DNA of 52,782 nucleotides from Rhizobium sp. Q54 (GCA_945861615.1 CAMAVH010000004.1:1-52782); one strand, 5' to 3'. Numbered from the stretch's first letter, positions 8,053 to 18,730 are shown. Program-made: numbers and translations. Notes: generated by a model not told the origin, from the letters alone.

Positions 8053-8119
8053 TTCGCGCCTCGCCGCGAAGGGAGGCCGTTGATATTGTTCAATCCGCAT
8101 TTTAGACGAGGCTTCCAAC

Positions 8120-8416
8120 ATGCCGCGCAGCCCCCGTGTCGAGATCCTCTACTGCCGGCAATGCCGCTGGCTGTTGCGTGCCTCTTGGATGGCGCAGGAA
8201 CTGCTGACGACCTTCTCCGAGGAGATCGGCGAGCTGGCGCTGCAGCCCGGGACCGGGGGGATTTTCGAGGTGCGGGTGGAAGGCGTTTTGATCTGGTCGC
8301 GCAAAGACGAAGGCCGCTTTCCCGAGATGAAGGAGCTGAAGCAGCGCTTGCGCGACCGCATCGCTCCGGACAGGGCGCTCGGCCATTCCGATCAGGGCCC
8401 TTCCGGACCCGCTTAA
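8120..8416 (+). CDS. Rdx (SelT/SelW/SelH) family thioredoxin-like protein
   Basis: VEILYCRQCRWLLRASWMAQELL (CxxC), PGTGGIFEV, FPEMKELKQRLRD; GAGG RBS. Confidence 0.9.
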   Translation: MPRSPRVEILYCRQCRWLLRASWMAQELLTTFSEEIGELALQPGTGGIFEVRVEGVLIWSRKDEGRFPEMKELKQRLRDRIAPDRALGHSDQGPSGPA

Positions 8417-8855
8417 CTCCCAGCCAGAGCGAAAGGCTTTGGCGAAGCCCAGGGCCGAGAGCGCCCGTAAAGCCTCAAAATCGCCCAAGCCCGTTGAAAA
8501 GGCAGGGATTTCGCCGAACCTGGGGGCCGTGGCGTTGACTTGCCGGGGCCGGGGGGCTACACCCTTCCCGCACCGCAACAGGGCCCCCCGCCCTGGGCCT
8601 TGGATCACCCTCCGGGACCGGCGGCCGCACTGAAGTCTGCGCTGAATATTGGCCGTTTTGGAAATCCGTCGCGCCCGCCTGTCGATATATCGGCCGGTCC
8701 GATCGACAAAGACCGTCGCTCCCGCGCCATGCGTTTCTGATATGCCTGAGGGCCGCCGCTTCGGCTGGTCCTGTTCGGCGCGATCTGCGTAACGTCTTCT
8801 AACTGGTTATTCTCGCCCCGCTTCCGATCCCCGCTTCCGACTAAGGCCCCGCCCG

Positions 8856-9251
8856 ATGGCAAAAACCGCAAGACCGCTCTCGCCGCACATCTCGATCTAC
8901 AGCTGGAAATTCACCATGCTGTTGTCGATCCTGCATCGCGCCACCGGCATCGCGCTCGCTGCCGGCACGCTGCTGCTGGTTTATTGGCTGAGCGCCGCCG
9001 CGAGCGGCGCGGCCGCCTTCGCCGACGCGCAGGGTCTCATCGGTTCCTGGTTCGGCCTTCTGGTGCTGTTCGGCTTCAGCTACGCGCTGTTCTTCCATCT
9101 GTGCAACGGCATCCGCCATCTCTTCTGGGACGCCGGCTACGGCTTCGACCTCGGCACCGCCTGGGCTTCGGCGTTGGCCACCGTCTTCGTCTCCGCCGCC
9201 CTCACCGTCATCGCCTGGCTCGCTGGCATCAGCTTCATGGGGGGCCTGTAA
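8856..9251 (+). CDS. sdhC: Succinate dehydrogenase cytochrome b556 subunit
   Basis: RPLSPHISIY, SILHRATG, HLCNGIRHLFWD. Confidence 0.96.
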   Translation: MAKTARPLSPHISIYSWKFTMLLSILHRATGIALAAGTLLLVYWLSAAASGAAAFADAQGLIGSWFGLLVLFGFSYALFFHLCNGIRHLFWDAGYGFDLGTAWASALATVFVSAALTVIAWLAGISFMGGL

Positions 9252-9652
9252 TGTCCACCGCCAAGAAATCCGCGCCGATGCGCTCGGCCCTCGGCCGTGT
9301 GCGCCATCTCGGCTCGGCCAAGGAAGGCGTGCAGCATTGGTGGGCGCAGCGCCTCACCGCGCTCGCCCTGGTGCCGCTGACGCTGTGGTTCGTCGCCTCG
9401 ATCGCCTGGCTCGCCGGCGCCGACCATGCCGGCTTCACCGGCTGGGTCGCGCGGCCGCATAACGCGCTGCTCATGATCCTCCTGCTCGGCGCGGGCTTCC
9501 ATCACGCCCAGCTCGGCCTGCAGGTCGTCATCGAAGACTATGTGCATGGCGAAGGCGCCAAGCTCGCCGCACTCATCGTCGTCAAATTCGCCGCGCTGCT
9601 GCTCGCGCTCGCCGGCATCTTCGCCGTCCTCAAGATCGCTTTCGGGGCCTAA
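9251..9652 (+). CDS. sdhD: Succinate dehydrogenase hydrophobic anchor subunit
   Basis: ATG overlaps sdhC stop (TAATG); [33 protein letters not shown]. Confidence 0.95.
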   Translation: MSTAKKSAPMRSALGRVRHLGSAKEGVQHWWAQRLTALALVPLTLWFVASIAWLAGADHAGFTGWVARPHNALLMILLLGAGFHHAQLGLQVVIEDYVHGEGAKLAALIVVKFAALLLALAGIFAVLKIAFGA

Positions 9653-9656
9653 TCCC

Positions 9657-11444
9657 ATGTCGAAGTACGAGATCATCGATCACGCCTACGACGTCATCGT
9701 CGTCGGCGCCGGCGGCGCCGGCCTGCGCGCCACGCTCGGCATGGTGGCGGCGGGCTTCCGCACCGCCTGCATCAGCAAGGTCTATCCGACGCGCAGCCAC
9801 ACGGTCGCTGCCCAGGGCGGCATAGGCGCCGCGCTCGGCAACCTCGACGGCGACAACTGGCGCTTCCATATGTACGACACGGTCAAGGGCTCCGACTGGC
9901 TCGGCGACCAAGACGCCATCGAATATATGTGCCGCAATGCCATCGACGCGGTGATCGAACTCGAACATTTCGGCGTGCCCTTCTCGCGCACCCCCGAAGG
10001 CAAGATCTACCAGCGCCCGTTCGGCGGCCACACGTTGGACTTCGGCAAGTCGATGGCGCGCCGCGCTTGCGCCGCCGCCGACCGCACCGGCCATGCCATT
10101 CTGCACACGCTCTATCAGCAGTGCCTCAAGCACAAAGCCGAGTTCTTCTCCGAATATATCGCGCTCGATCTGTTGAACGATGCCGAGGGCGGTGTCGGCG
10201 GCGTGATGGCCTGGTGCCTGGAAGACGGCGCGATCCATCGTTTCCGCGCCCAGATGGTGGTGTTCGCCACCGGCGGCTACGGCCGCGCCTACTTCTCCTG
10301 CACCTCGGCGCACACCTGCACCGGCGACGGCGGGGCGATGGCGCTGCGCGCCGGCATTCCGCTACAGGACATGGAATTCATCCAGTTCCATCCGACCGGC
10401 ATCTACGGTTCGGGCTGCCTGATCACCGAAGGCGCGCGCGGCGAAGGCGGCTATGTCACCAACTCGGAAGGCGAGCGCTTCATGGAGCGTTACGCTCCGA
10501 CCGCCAAGGATCTCGCCTCGCGCGACGTCGTGTCGCGCTCGATGGCCATCGAGATCCGCGAAGGCCGCGGTGTCGGTCCGAACAAGGATCATATCCATCT
10601 GCACTTGGAGCATATCGATCCCAAGGTGCTGGCCGAGCGCCTGCCCGGCATCTCCGAGACGGCGAAGATTTTCGCCGGCGTCGATGTGACGAAGGAGCCG
10701 ATCCCGATTCTGCCGACCGTGCATTACAACATGGGCGGCATCCCGACGAACTATCATGGCGAAGTCATTCGTCCGAAGGGCAGCGACAAGGACGCCATCG
10801 TCCCCGGCCTGATGGCCGTCGGCGAAGCGGCCTGCGTGTCGGTCCATGGCGCCAACCGTCTCGGCACCAACTCGCTGCTCGATCTCGTGGTGTTCGGCCG
10901 CGCCGCCGCCTTGCGCGCCGCCGCGACCTACAAGCCGGGCGCGACGCTGAAGGCGCTACCGGCCGACGCCCATGAGCCGGCGCTCGAGCGGTTCGACCGC
11001 ATCCGCAACGCGGGCGGCAAGACGCTGACCGCCGATATCCGCCTCGAGATGCAGCACACCATGCAGAACAACTGCGCGGTGTTCCGCACCGGCAAGGTGC
11101 TGTCGGAAGGCAAGCAACTGATCGAGAAGGCTGCCGCCTCGATGAGCGATCTCAAGGTCGTCGACAAATCGCTGGTGTGGAACTCTGACCTCGTCGAAGC
11201 CCTCGAACTCGACAATCTGATGGCCCAGGCCGTCGTCACCATGCATTCGGCCGAGGCGCGCCACGAGAGCCGCGGCGCCCACGCCCATGAGGATCATCCG
11301 AACCGCGACGACGTGAATTGGATGAAGCACACGCTGGCCTATCGCGACGCGGCCGGCAAGGTCAGCCTCGATTACCGCCCGGTCCATATGTACACGCTGA
11401 CCGACGAGACCGAAGTGATCCCGCCGAAGGAACGCGTCTACTAA
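9657..11444 (+). CDS. sdhA: Succinate dehydrogenase flavoprotein subunit
   Basis: [18 protein letters not shown] (covalent FAD His), QFHPTG, HGANRLG; start ATG 9657. Confidence 0.98.
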   Translation: MSKYEIIDHAYDVIVVGAGGAGLRATLGMVAAGFRTACISKVYPTRSHTVAAQGGIGAALGNLDGDNWRFHMYDTVKGSDWLGDQDAIEYMCRNAIDAVIELEHFGVPFSRTPEGKIYQRPFGGHTLDFGKSMARRACAAADRTGHAILHTLYQQCLKHKAEFFSEYIALDLLNDAEGGVGGVMAWCLEDGAIHRFRAQMVVFATGGYGRAYFSCTSAHTCTGDGGAMALRAGIPLQDMEFIQFHPTGIYGSGCLITEGARGEGGYVTNSEGERFMERYAPTAKDLASRDVVSRSMAIEIREGRGVGPNKDHIHLHLEHIDPKVLAERLPGISETAKIFAGVDVTKEPIPILPTVHYNMGGIPTNYHGEVIRPKGSDKDAIVPGLMAVGEAACVSVHGANRLGTNSLLDLVVFGRAAALRAAATYKPGATLKALPADAHEPALERFDRIRNAGGKTLTADIRLEMQHTMQNNCAVFRTGKVLSEGKQLIEKAAASMSDLKVVDKSLVWNSDLVEALELDNLMAQAVVTMHSAEARHESRGAHAHEDHPNRDDVNWMKHTLAYRDAAGKVSLDYRPVHMYTLTDETEVIPPKERVY

Positions 11445-11502
11445 GCGCCGACCAAGCCCACCCGTATCGATGCGAATTTTGAGAGAGCAAGGAAGATAAG
11501 CG

Positions 11503-12279
11503 ATGGTTGAACTGGCTCTGCCGCGCCATTCCCAGGTCAAGGAGGGAAAGACCTTTCCCGCCCCCGCCGGCGCCAAGACGGTCAAGACCTTCAAGATCTA
11601 TCGGTGGGACCCGGAGACGGGCGAGAACCCGCGCGTCGATTCCTACGACATCGACCTCGACGCCTGCGGTCCGATGGTTCTCGATGCGCTGATCAAGATC
11701 AAGAACGAGATCGATCCCAGCCTGACTTTCCGCCGCTCCTGCCGCGAAGGCATCTGCGGCAGCTGCTCGATGAACATCGACGGCGGCAACACGCTGGCTT
11801 GCATCAAGCCGATCGAAGAATGCGCTGGCGACGTGCCGGTCTATCCGCTGCCCCATATGGACGTGATCAAGGACCTGGTGCCGGACCTGACCAAGATCTG
11901 GGCGCAATATGAATCGGTCGAGCCTTGGCTGCAGGCCGAGACTACGGCGCCGAGCCGCGAGCGCCTGCAGAGCCCGGAAGAACGCGAGAAGCTCGATGGC
12001 CTGTGGGAATGCATCCTCTGCTTCTGCTGCTCGACCTCCTGCCCGAGCTACTGGTGGAACGGCGATCGGTTCTTGGGGCCGGCCATTCTGCTGCAGGCTT
12101 ACCGCTGGATCGCCGATTCGCGCGACGAGCGCACCGGTGAGCGCCTCGACAATCTCGAGGATCCGTTCCGGCTCTATCGTTGCCACACCATCATGAATTG
12201 CACGCGCACATGCCCGAAAGGTCTCAATCCCGCCAAGGCCATCGGCGAGATCAAGAAGCTGATGGTGGAGCGCCGTTAG
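11503..12279 (+). CDS. sdhB: Succinate dehydrogenase iron-sulfur subunit
   Basis: [34 protein letters not shown]. Confidence 0.98.
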   Translation: MVELALPRHSQVKEGKTFPAPAGAKTVKTFKIYRWDPETGENPRVDSYDIDLDACGPMVLDALIKIKNEIDPSLTFRRSCREGICGSCSMNIDGGNTLACIKPIEECAGDVPVYPLPHMDVIKDLVPDLTKIWAQYESVEPWLQAETTAPSRERLQSPEEREKLDGLWECILCFCCSTSCPSYWWNGDRFLGPAILLQAYRWIADSRDERTGERLDNLEDPFRLYRCHTIMNCTRTCPKGLNPAKAIGEIKKLMVERR

Positions 12280-12306
12280 ACGTTCGTTTGTGAGAGAGAG
12301 CAAACG

Positions 12307-12338
12307 AAAAGGGCCGTGCCAATTGTGCGGCCCTTTTT
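12307..12338 (+). terminator. Intrinsic terminator after sdhB
   Basis: AAAAGGGCCGTGC-CAATT-GTGCGGCCCTTTTT. Confidence 0.8.
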
Positions 12339-12377
12339 ATTTCGGGCGCATGGGTATCGAAGTCGCCGCAAAACAAT

Positions 12378-12465
12378 CGTCACCCTCGGACTTGATCCGA
12401 GGGTCCATCTATCCGGCGCTCAGGCAGTTGAAACATGGATGCTCGGGTCAAGCCCGAGCATGACG
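12378..12465. repeat. REP/RIME-like palindromic element
   Basis: CGTCACCCTCGGACTTGATCCGAGGGTCCAT...ATGGATGCTCGGGTCAAGCCCGAGCATGACG; a related copy lies at 39190-39302. Confidence 0.8.
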
Positions 12466-12479
12466 CTTCCTAAAGCCGG

Positions 12480-13256
12480 CTACTTTGCCGTCTGCTGTTG
12501 CCTTACCCACTCAAACAAACACACCGCCGCGCTCGCGGCGACGTTGAGCGATTCGGCGCGGCCCGGCATCGGGATGCGCACGCGCAGGCCCGCGGCGTCG
12601 GTCAGCTCCGGTGGCAGGCCGGCGCCTTCGTTGCCGAACAGGAAACGGCAATCGGCGGGCAAGGCGACATCATAGAGCGAGCGCGTGGCTTGCAGGTCGG
12701 TGGCCAGCACGCGCGCCGGATCGGCGGCGATGAGCGCGGCGAGATCGGCATGTTCGTGAATAGCCAAGACGAATTGTGCGCCCATGCCGGCACGCAGCGC
12801 CTTCGGCGACCAGGCTTCGGCGGAGCCGGCGGACAGATAAGCGGCCGTGAGGCCGGCCGCCGCGGCCGTGCGCAGCATGGTCCCGACATTGCCGGGGTCC
12901 TGCACGCCGTCGAGCAGGATGGCGGCGCCCACGGTTTGCGCCGGCGTGGGGATGCCGATGCGCGCGACCAGGCCAGTCGGCGTCTCGACTGTCGAGAGCG
13001 CGTTCGCCAGCGCGTCCGGCAGGATCATCACGGCGCGCTCGGGCAAGCGGGCGATCAACGCGGCGATTTCGGGGCTGTCGATGCGCGATTCGGCGACGGC
13101 GAGCAGATCGGGGGCGAGGCCGGCCTCCAGCGCCGCACCCAAGAGATGCGCGCCGTCGAGAATAGCGACGCCGTCCTTGCGGCGCAGGCGCGGCTCGCCA
13201 GCCTGCTTCTTCAGGTCGGCATAGAGCGGATTGGCGGCGGAGGCGACGTGCTTCAT
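12480..13256 (-). CDS. TrmH/SpoU family RNA 2'-O-methyltransferase
   Basis: [45 protein letters not shown] motifs; ATG 13256. Confidence 0.92.
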   Translation of the reverse strand: MKHVASAANPLYADLKKQAGEPRLRRKDGVAILDGAHLLGAALEAGLAPDLLAVAESRIDSPEIAALIARLPERAVMILPDALANALSTVETPTGLVARIGIPTPAQTVGAAILLDGVQDPGNVGTMLRTAAAAGLTAAYLSAGSAEAWSPKALRAGMGAQFVLAIHEHADLAALIAADPARVLATDLQATRSLYDVALPADCRFLFGNEGAGLPPELTDAAGLRVRIPMPGRAESLNVAASAAVCLFEWVRQQQTAK

Positions 13257-13371
13257 CGCCACAGTTTATCCGCTGGTCCTACAAAACACAGGGCAGAGTT
13301 GCAGCCGCTCGGGTGGACGGGGCGGGGCGGGGTGGACTACTCTCCGCGCGGTTTTCACGGTTTGGCGCCTC

Positions 13372-14604
13372 ATGTCCCCGTCCGCCGACGAGAGTTCTTT
13401 GCAAGGTCCCGTCGCCGCGCTCCGCGAGCGGCGCCGTTCGGGCCTGCTCAAGGTCGATCCGGCGCAGGATCTCGCTGCCGAGAAATTGCAGCAATTGCAT
13501 CAGGCGCTGAAGACCTACCGGCCGATCGACGAGGGCGGCGGCTTCCTCGGTGCGCTCAGCCATTGGAAGACGCGGCTCGGTCTGGCGCGGCGCGACGAGA
13601 CGCCGCCGCAGGGCCTTTACATCTTCGGCGCGGTCGGGCGCGGCAAGTCGATGCTGATGGATCTGTTCTATGAGACCGCCCCGGTCGCCAAGCACCACAA
13701 GCGGCGGGTGCATTTTCACGCCTTCATGATCGAGGTGCATCAGCGCCTGCATGACTGGCGCCAGCGTACCAAGGGTGCCGAGGCCGATCCGGTGCCCAAG
13801 CTCGCCGAGGAGATCGCGCGCCAGACTTGGCTGCTTTGTTTCGACGAATTTCAGGTCACCAATATCGCCGACGCGGCCATCCTTGGCCGGCTGTTCACGG
13901 CGCTGTTCGCCGACGGCGTGGTTGTCGTCGCGACATCCAACCGCGCGCCTGACGATCTCTACAAGGGCGGGCTGCAGCGCGAATTGTTTCTGCCCTTCAT
14001 CGCCCTGATGAAAGAGAAGCTCGACGTTATCGAGTTGGACGGCGGCGAAGATTACCGCCTCTTGCGTCTCAAGGGCATGCCGCTGTGGCATGCGCCGCTC
14101 GGTCCTGCCGCCAGCGCCGCGCTCGACGAGGCCTTCGAGCTTTTGACGCAGGATGAGGACGCCGAGACGCCGCTTTCGGCGAAAGAACGCCAGGCCGGCT
14201 TCAAGCTCGCGCCGCGCGCGCCCGAAGCGCCGACGGTCCTCATGGTGCAGGGCCGCAAGCTGCCGGTGCCGGTCTCGGCTCATGGCGTCGCGCGATTCGC
14301 CTTTCCCGAACTTTGCGCCCGCGCTCTCGGCGCGGCCGACTACATCGCGCTGGCGACGCATTTCCACACGCTGATCCTGTCGGATATTCCGGCGCTCGGG
14401 CCGGAGAAGCGCAACGAGGCCTTCCGCTTCACCACGCTGATCGACGCGCTCTACGAGCATAAGGTGAACCTGATCGCTTCGGCCGCCGTCGAGCCGCGGC
14501 AGCTTTATACCGACGGCGAGTTCGCTTTCGAGTTCGAGCGCACCGTCTCGCGCATCCTGGAAATGCAGACCGACGCCTACCGCCAAGCGCCGCATCTGAC
14601 CTGA
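13372..14604 (+). CDS. zapE: Cell division ATPase ZapE (AFG1 family)
   Basis: [17 protein letters not shown] Walker [24 protein letters not shown]; ATG 13372. Confidence 0.93.
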   Translation: MSPSADESSLQGPVAALRERRRSGLLKVDPAQDLAAEKLQQLHQALKTYRPIDEGGGFLGALSHWKTRLGLARRDETPPQGLYIFGAVGRGKSMLMDLFYETAPVAKHHKRRVHFHAFMIEVHQRLHDWRQRTKGAEADPVPKLAEEIARQTWLLCFDEFQVTNIADAAILGRLFTALFADGVVVVATSNRAPDDLYKGGLQRELFLPFIALMKEKLDVIELDGGEDYRLLRLKGMPLWHAPLGPAASAALDEAFELLTQDEDAETPLSAKERQAGFKLAPRAPEAPTVLMVQGRKLPVPVSAHGVARFAFPELCARALGAADYIALATHFHTLILSDIPALGPEKRNEAFRFTTLIDALYEHKVNLIASAAVEPRQLYTDGEFAFEFERTVSRILEMQTDAYRQAPHLT

Positions 14605-14883
14605 GAGGCGGCCGCCCTGACATCTCAGAGCGGTTTTTCGCCGGCTGTGGCGGAATTGCCACGCCCAGGTCTGCTGAACAACGCCCCCCGAGCGGCTTGT
14701 CACAGATCGGGCCTTGCAGTACCAACAGGGCGCCTTATTTCTTAAGGGACACGGCTCATTGTTCCGGGGGCGGCATTCGGCCGCTCCGCACCCCGATTGT
14801 CGGGGGACTTTACTGTCACTGCCCGCGCGATGCCGGCCATAAGGTCCAGGCGGCGCGGGTCGGAACCGAGGCCCGCCTGACCC

Positions 14884-15936
14884 ATGTCCGACAGTCTGCT
14901 TGTTCCTTCCGCGTCCCCCACGGCGCGCGGTCCGTCTCAACCGACGGTGCGCGCGCCGGTCGATCCGCGCCTCGATCTGGTGGCCGAGATCCATCGCCTG
15001 CGCCGCGAGCGCAACGCCGTGATCCTGGCGCATTACTACCAGGCCGGCGAGATCCAGGACCTGGCCGACTTCGTCGGCGATTCGCTCGACCTGTCGCGCA
15101 AGGCGGCGAGCACCGACGCCGACGTCATCGTCTTCTGCGGCGTGAAGTTCATGGCCGAGGTGGCGAAGATCCTGTCGCCGTCGAAAACCGTGCTGCTGCC
15201 CGACATGGCCGCCGGCTGCTCGCTCGAAGACTCCTGCAAGCCCGGGCCTTTCAAGGCGTTCCGCGACGCCCATCCCGACCATGTGGCGGTGAGCTACATC
15301 AACTGCTCGGCCGAGGTGAAGGCGCTTAGCGACATCATCGTCACCTCGTCGAACGCCGAAGCGATCATCCGCCAGATTCCCGCCGGCAAGCAGATCCTGT
15401 TCGCGCCGGACCGCAACCTCGGCGCTTACCTGGCCAAGGTGACGGGGCGCGACATGACCCTGTGGCCGGGCACCTGCATCGTTCATGAAAGCTTCGCCGA
15501 GCGCGAGCTGGCCAAGCTGAAAGCCCGCCATCCGAAGGCGCTGGTCGCCTCGCATCCGGAAAGCGCGCCGGCGGTTCTGGCCGGCTCCGACCATGTCGGC
15601 TCGACGCGCTCGATCCTGGAATATGTTCTCAAGACCGAGGCCGAGACCTACATCATCGGCACCGACGCCGGCCTGATCCATCAGATGCAGAAGCAGGCGC
15701 CGCACAAGCGCTTCATCCCGATCGCCGGCACCGAAGGGCCTTGCGCCTGCAACGCCTGCCCCTTCATGGCGCTCAACACGGTCGAGAAACTTTACCTGGC
15801 CCTGCGCGACATGACGCCGCATCTCGAGTTGGCCGAGCCGCTGCGCCAGGCTGCCGCGTTGCCGCTCGAACGGATGCTCGCCATGTCGGCGTCGATCCCG
15901 GCCCCGGCGGAGAGCGCGCCAGCAACAGTTCGTTAA
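14884..15936 (+). CDS. nadA: Quinolinate synthase A
   Basis: ILAHYYQ, VFCGVKFMAE, AGCSL, YINCSAEVKA, CIVHE, CPFM. Confidence 0.96.
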   Translation: MSDSLLVPSASPTARGPSQPTVRAPVDPRLDLVAEIHRLRRERNAVILAHYYQAGEIQDLADFVGDSLDLSRKAASTDADVIVFCGVKFMAEVAKILSPSKTVLLPDMAAGCSLEDSCKPGPFKAFRDAHPDHVAVSYINCSAEVKALSDIIVTSSNAEAIIRQIPAGKQILFAPDRNLGAYLAKVTGRDMTLWPGTCIVHESFAERELAKLKARHPKALVASHPESAPAVLAGSDHVGSTRSILEYVLKTEAETYIIGTDAGLIHQMQKQAPHKRFIPIAGTEGPCACNACPFMALNTVEKLYLALRDMTPHLELAEPLRQAAALPLERMLAMSASIPAPAESAPATVR

Positions 15937-15945
15937 CTTTTCCAT

Positions 15946-15974
15946 AGGGCGGCCGCGAGGGCCGCCCTTTTTTT
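15946..15974 (+). terminator. Intrinsic terminator between nadA and nadC
   Basis: AGGGCGGCC-GCGAG-GGCCGCCCT-TTTTTT. Confidence 0.8.
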
Positions 15975-16034
15975 ATCAACGGTCGTGGCGGCCTACGGTA
16001 ACGTGGCCGCCGATTCTTCATTCGACAGGACATT

Positions 16035-16877
16035 GTGATGCAGTTGAACCGGGCGGAAATTCAGCAATTCATCGACCGCGCCTTGAGCGAGGACGTCGGC
16101 CGCGGCGATCTGACGAGCTACGTCACCATCCCCAAGGGCACACAATTCAAGGCCGCCATGGTGGCGCGCCAAGACTTGGTGGTCTGCGGCATCGGCATCG
16201 CCATGGCGGTCTTCAAGCGGGTGATGAGCCAGCTCGAATTCAAATCCCTGGTGAAGGACGGCGACAAGATCGGCCCCAAGACGGTGATGGCCGAAATCGA
16301 GGGCGAAGCCCGCGCGATCCTCACCGCCGAGCGTACGGCGCTCAATATCGTCCAGCATCTCTCGGGCATTTCGACCCTGACGCGGCGCTACGCCGAGCTC
16401 GTCCATGGCACCGGCGCGACGCTGATCGATACGCGCAAAACCGTGCCGACCCTGCGGAATCTGGCGAAATACGCCAGCTATGTCGGCGGCGCGCGCAACC
16501 ACCGCATCCGCTTGGACGACGGCGTTTTGATCAAAGACAACCATATCGCGGTCTGCGGCAGCCTAACGGCGGCCGTTCAGCGCGCCAAACGGCAGACGCC
16601 GGCGCTCACCGTGGTCGAAGTGGAGTGCGACACCCTCGATCAGGTGCGCGAAGCGGTCGCCGCCGGCGCCGGCATGATCCTGCTCGACAATATGGACGTG
16701 CCCGAGCTGAAAGAGGCGGTGAAGATCGCGCAGGGCCGCGCCGTGCTCGAAGCGTCGGGCGGCATTACGCTGGAAACCATCCGCGACAAGGCCTCCAGCG
16801 GCGTCGACTTCGTCTCCGTCGGACGCATGACGCAGTCCGCGCCGGCGGTCGATATCGGTCTCGACTACGGCGCGTGA
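16035..16877 (+). CDS. nadC: Nicotinate-nucleotide diphosphorylase (quinolinate phosphoribosyltransferase)
   Basis: EDVGRGDLT, AERTALN, DTRKT, NHR, LIKDNH, VEVEC, LLDN, EASGG; AGGA RBS before GTG/ATG. Confidence 0.96.
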   Translation: MMQLNRAEIQQFIDRALSEDVGRGDLTSYVTIPKGTQFKAAMVARQDLVVCGIGIAMAVFKRVMSQLEFKSLVKDGDKIGPKTVMAEIEGEARAILTAERTALNIVQHLSGISTLTRRYAELVHGTGATLIDTRKTVPTLRNLAKYASYVGGARNHRIRLDDGVLIKDNHIAVCGSLTAAVQRAKRQTPALTVVEVECDTLDQVREAVAAGAGMILLDNMDVPELKEAVKIAQGRAVLEASGGITLETIRDKASSGVDFVSVGRMTQSAPAVDIGLDYGA

Positions 16878-17309
16878 CCGCTGCGCGCGTTCGCGAGTCG
16901 ATGGTCGAGCGCATCACGCTGCGGCGCGCTCGCGAGTCGAAAAACGAATCAAAAATCCTCTTCGAAGGATCGAATTGCGTGTCGAATGAGTCGCGCGAGG
17001 CGAAAAAAACGACACGAATCGTCTCCGCAACTCATTTTTTTATTTTCTACGATTCATTTTTGGATAATTATGCGCGTCGAGAGTCTGGCTTACGGACTTT
17101 CCGGCGGTGACGAGTGCCGCACGATCGATCGGCAAAGACGACGCGTAAGACGGCCGGTCGATGACGCGAGACGCGCTTCCATCCGAAGCAACCGCTTCGG
17201 TGATCACGGCGAGATCGCGGACGGTATTCGACAAAGCGCTAGGCTTTGATGCTTGTGAATGAAGTGTTGAGCCGCAGTGTCCTATTGAAGATTTCAGTTC
17301 CGTTCGTGA

Positions 17310-18293
<984 letters not shown>

Positions 18294-18358
18294 ATCAGGG
18301 CAGACCAAAGCGTAAAAACGTAGCGGAATATCAACAAACTAACGAAGAGAGCAGAAAA

Positions 18359-18442
18359 ATGGTTAAGAAGCCCGCGAAGAAGAAGGTTGCCAAGAAGAAG
18401 GTTGCCAAGAAGGCGAAGAAGAAGGCCGCCAAGAAGAAGTAG
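18359..18442 (+). CDS. 27-aa lysine-rich histone-H1-like microprotein MVKKPAKKKVAKKKVAKKAKKKAAKKK
   Basis: ATG 18359 to TAG 18442; all 16 Lys codons are AAG, the host-preferred codon; purine-rich GAAGAGAG upstream; below the ORF-track length cutoff. Confidence 0.65.
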   Translation: MVKKPAKKKVAKKKVAKKAKKKAAKKK

Positions 18443-18467
18443 TTTCTAACGAAACTAGTTTGACTAT

Positions 18468-18656
18468 GGTCCGGGACAACCGATCCGCTTCGGCGTGATC
18501 CGGTTCCCGGACCAGCCTTCCTGACCCGCCCCGTCCATCGCTTTTGCGATGGACGGGGCGGGCACGTTTCCGGGGTATGGTTCCGGGCGATGCGTCCAGG
18601 GATGAGGCGGCGCCACAGGCGAAGCCGAGGGCTCAATGACCCGAGCCCAGCGTCCC
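18468..18656 (+). other. Structured RNA element (3' UTR, sRNA or leader)
   Basis: Hairpin 18468-18513 with C(UUCG)G loop; perfect 17-bp stem 18525-18562; multibranch closed by 18599-18604/18651-18656. Confidence 0.5.
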
Positions 18657-18717
18657 GCGACACACACTTATATATATGTGCTGTCCCCCGGTCGCTCTGC
18701 GCTGGCCGTTTCACCCA

Positions 18718-18730
18718 CAAGTTATTGATA
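18718..18730 (-). promoter_or_regulatory. IHF-consensus site
   Basis: Minus strand TATCAATAACTTG matches WATCAANNNNTTR, with adjacent AT tract. Confidence 0.45.

Noticed and set aside
6962-8105. Three long overlapping ORFs (6962-8053 minus, 7179-8093 minus, 7254-8105 plus) as proteins
   Set aside because: R/P/G/A/S-rich, no recognisable motif, weak starts; long open frames are expected in GC-rich DNA, and RNA structure explains the region better.
12316-12675. 119-aa ORF
   Set aside because: Translation of the terminator and REP element, running antisense into the methyltransferase gene.
14690-14757. Resemblance to NAD-II riboswitch stems (GAGC...GUC / GAC-ACG-GCUC)
   Set aside because: Internal loop too short, no anti-SD segment or A-rich tail, and ~125 nt from the start codon; not called as a riboswitch.
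13279-15945. 888-aa minus-strand ORF and similar long antisense ORFs (22433-24268, 30580-32670, 43130-45556, 45698-47686)
   Set aside because: Shadow frames opposite well-supported genes, a standard consequence of high GC3 codon bias.
18595-18630. Hammerhead-like GATGAG...CGAA
   Set aside because: Core reads GGGAUGAG rather than CUGAUGAG, and GAAA is absent.
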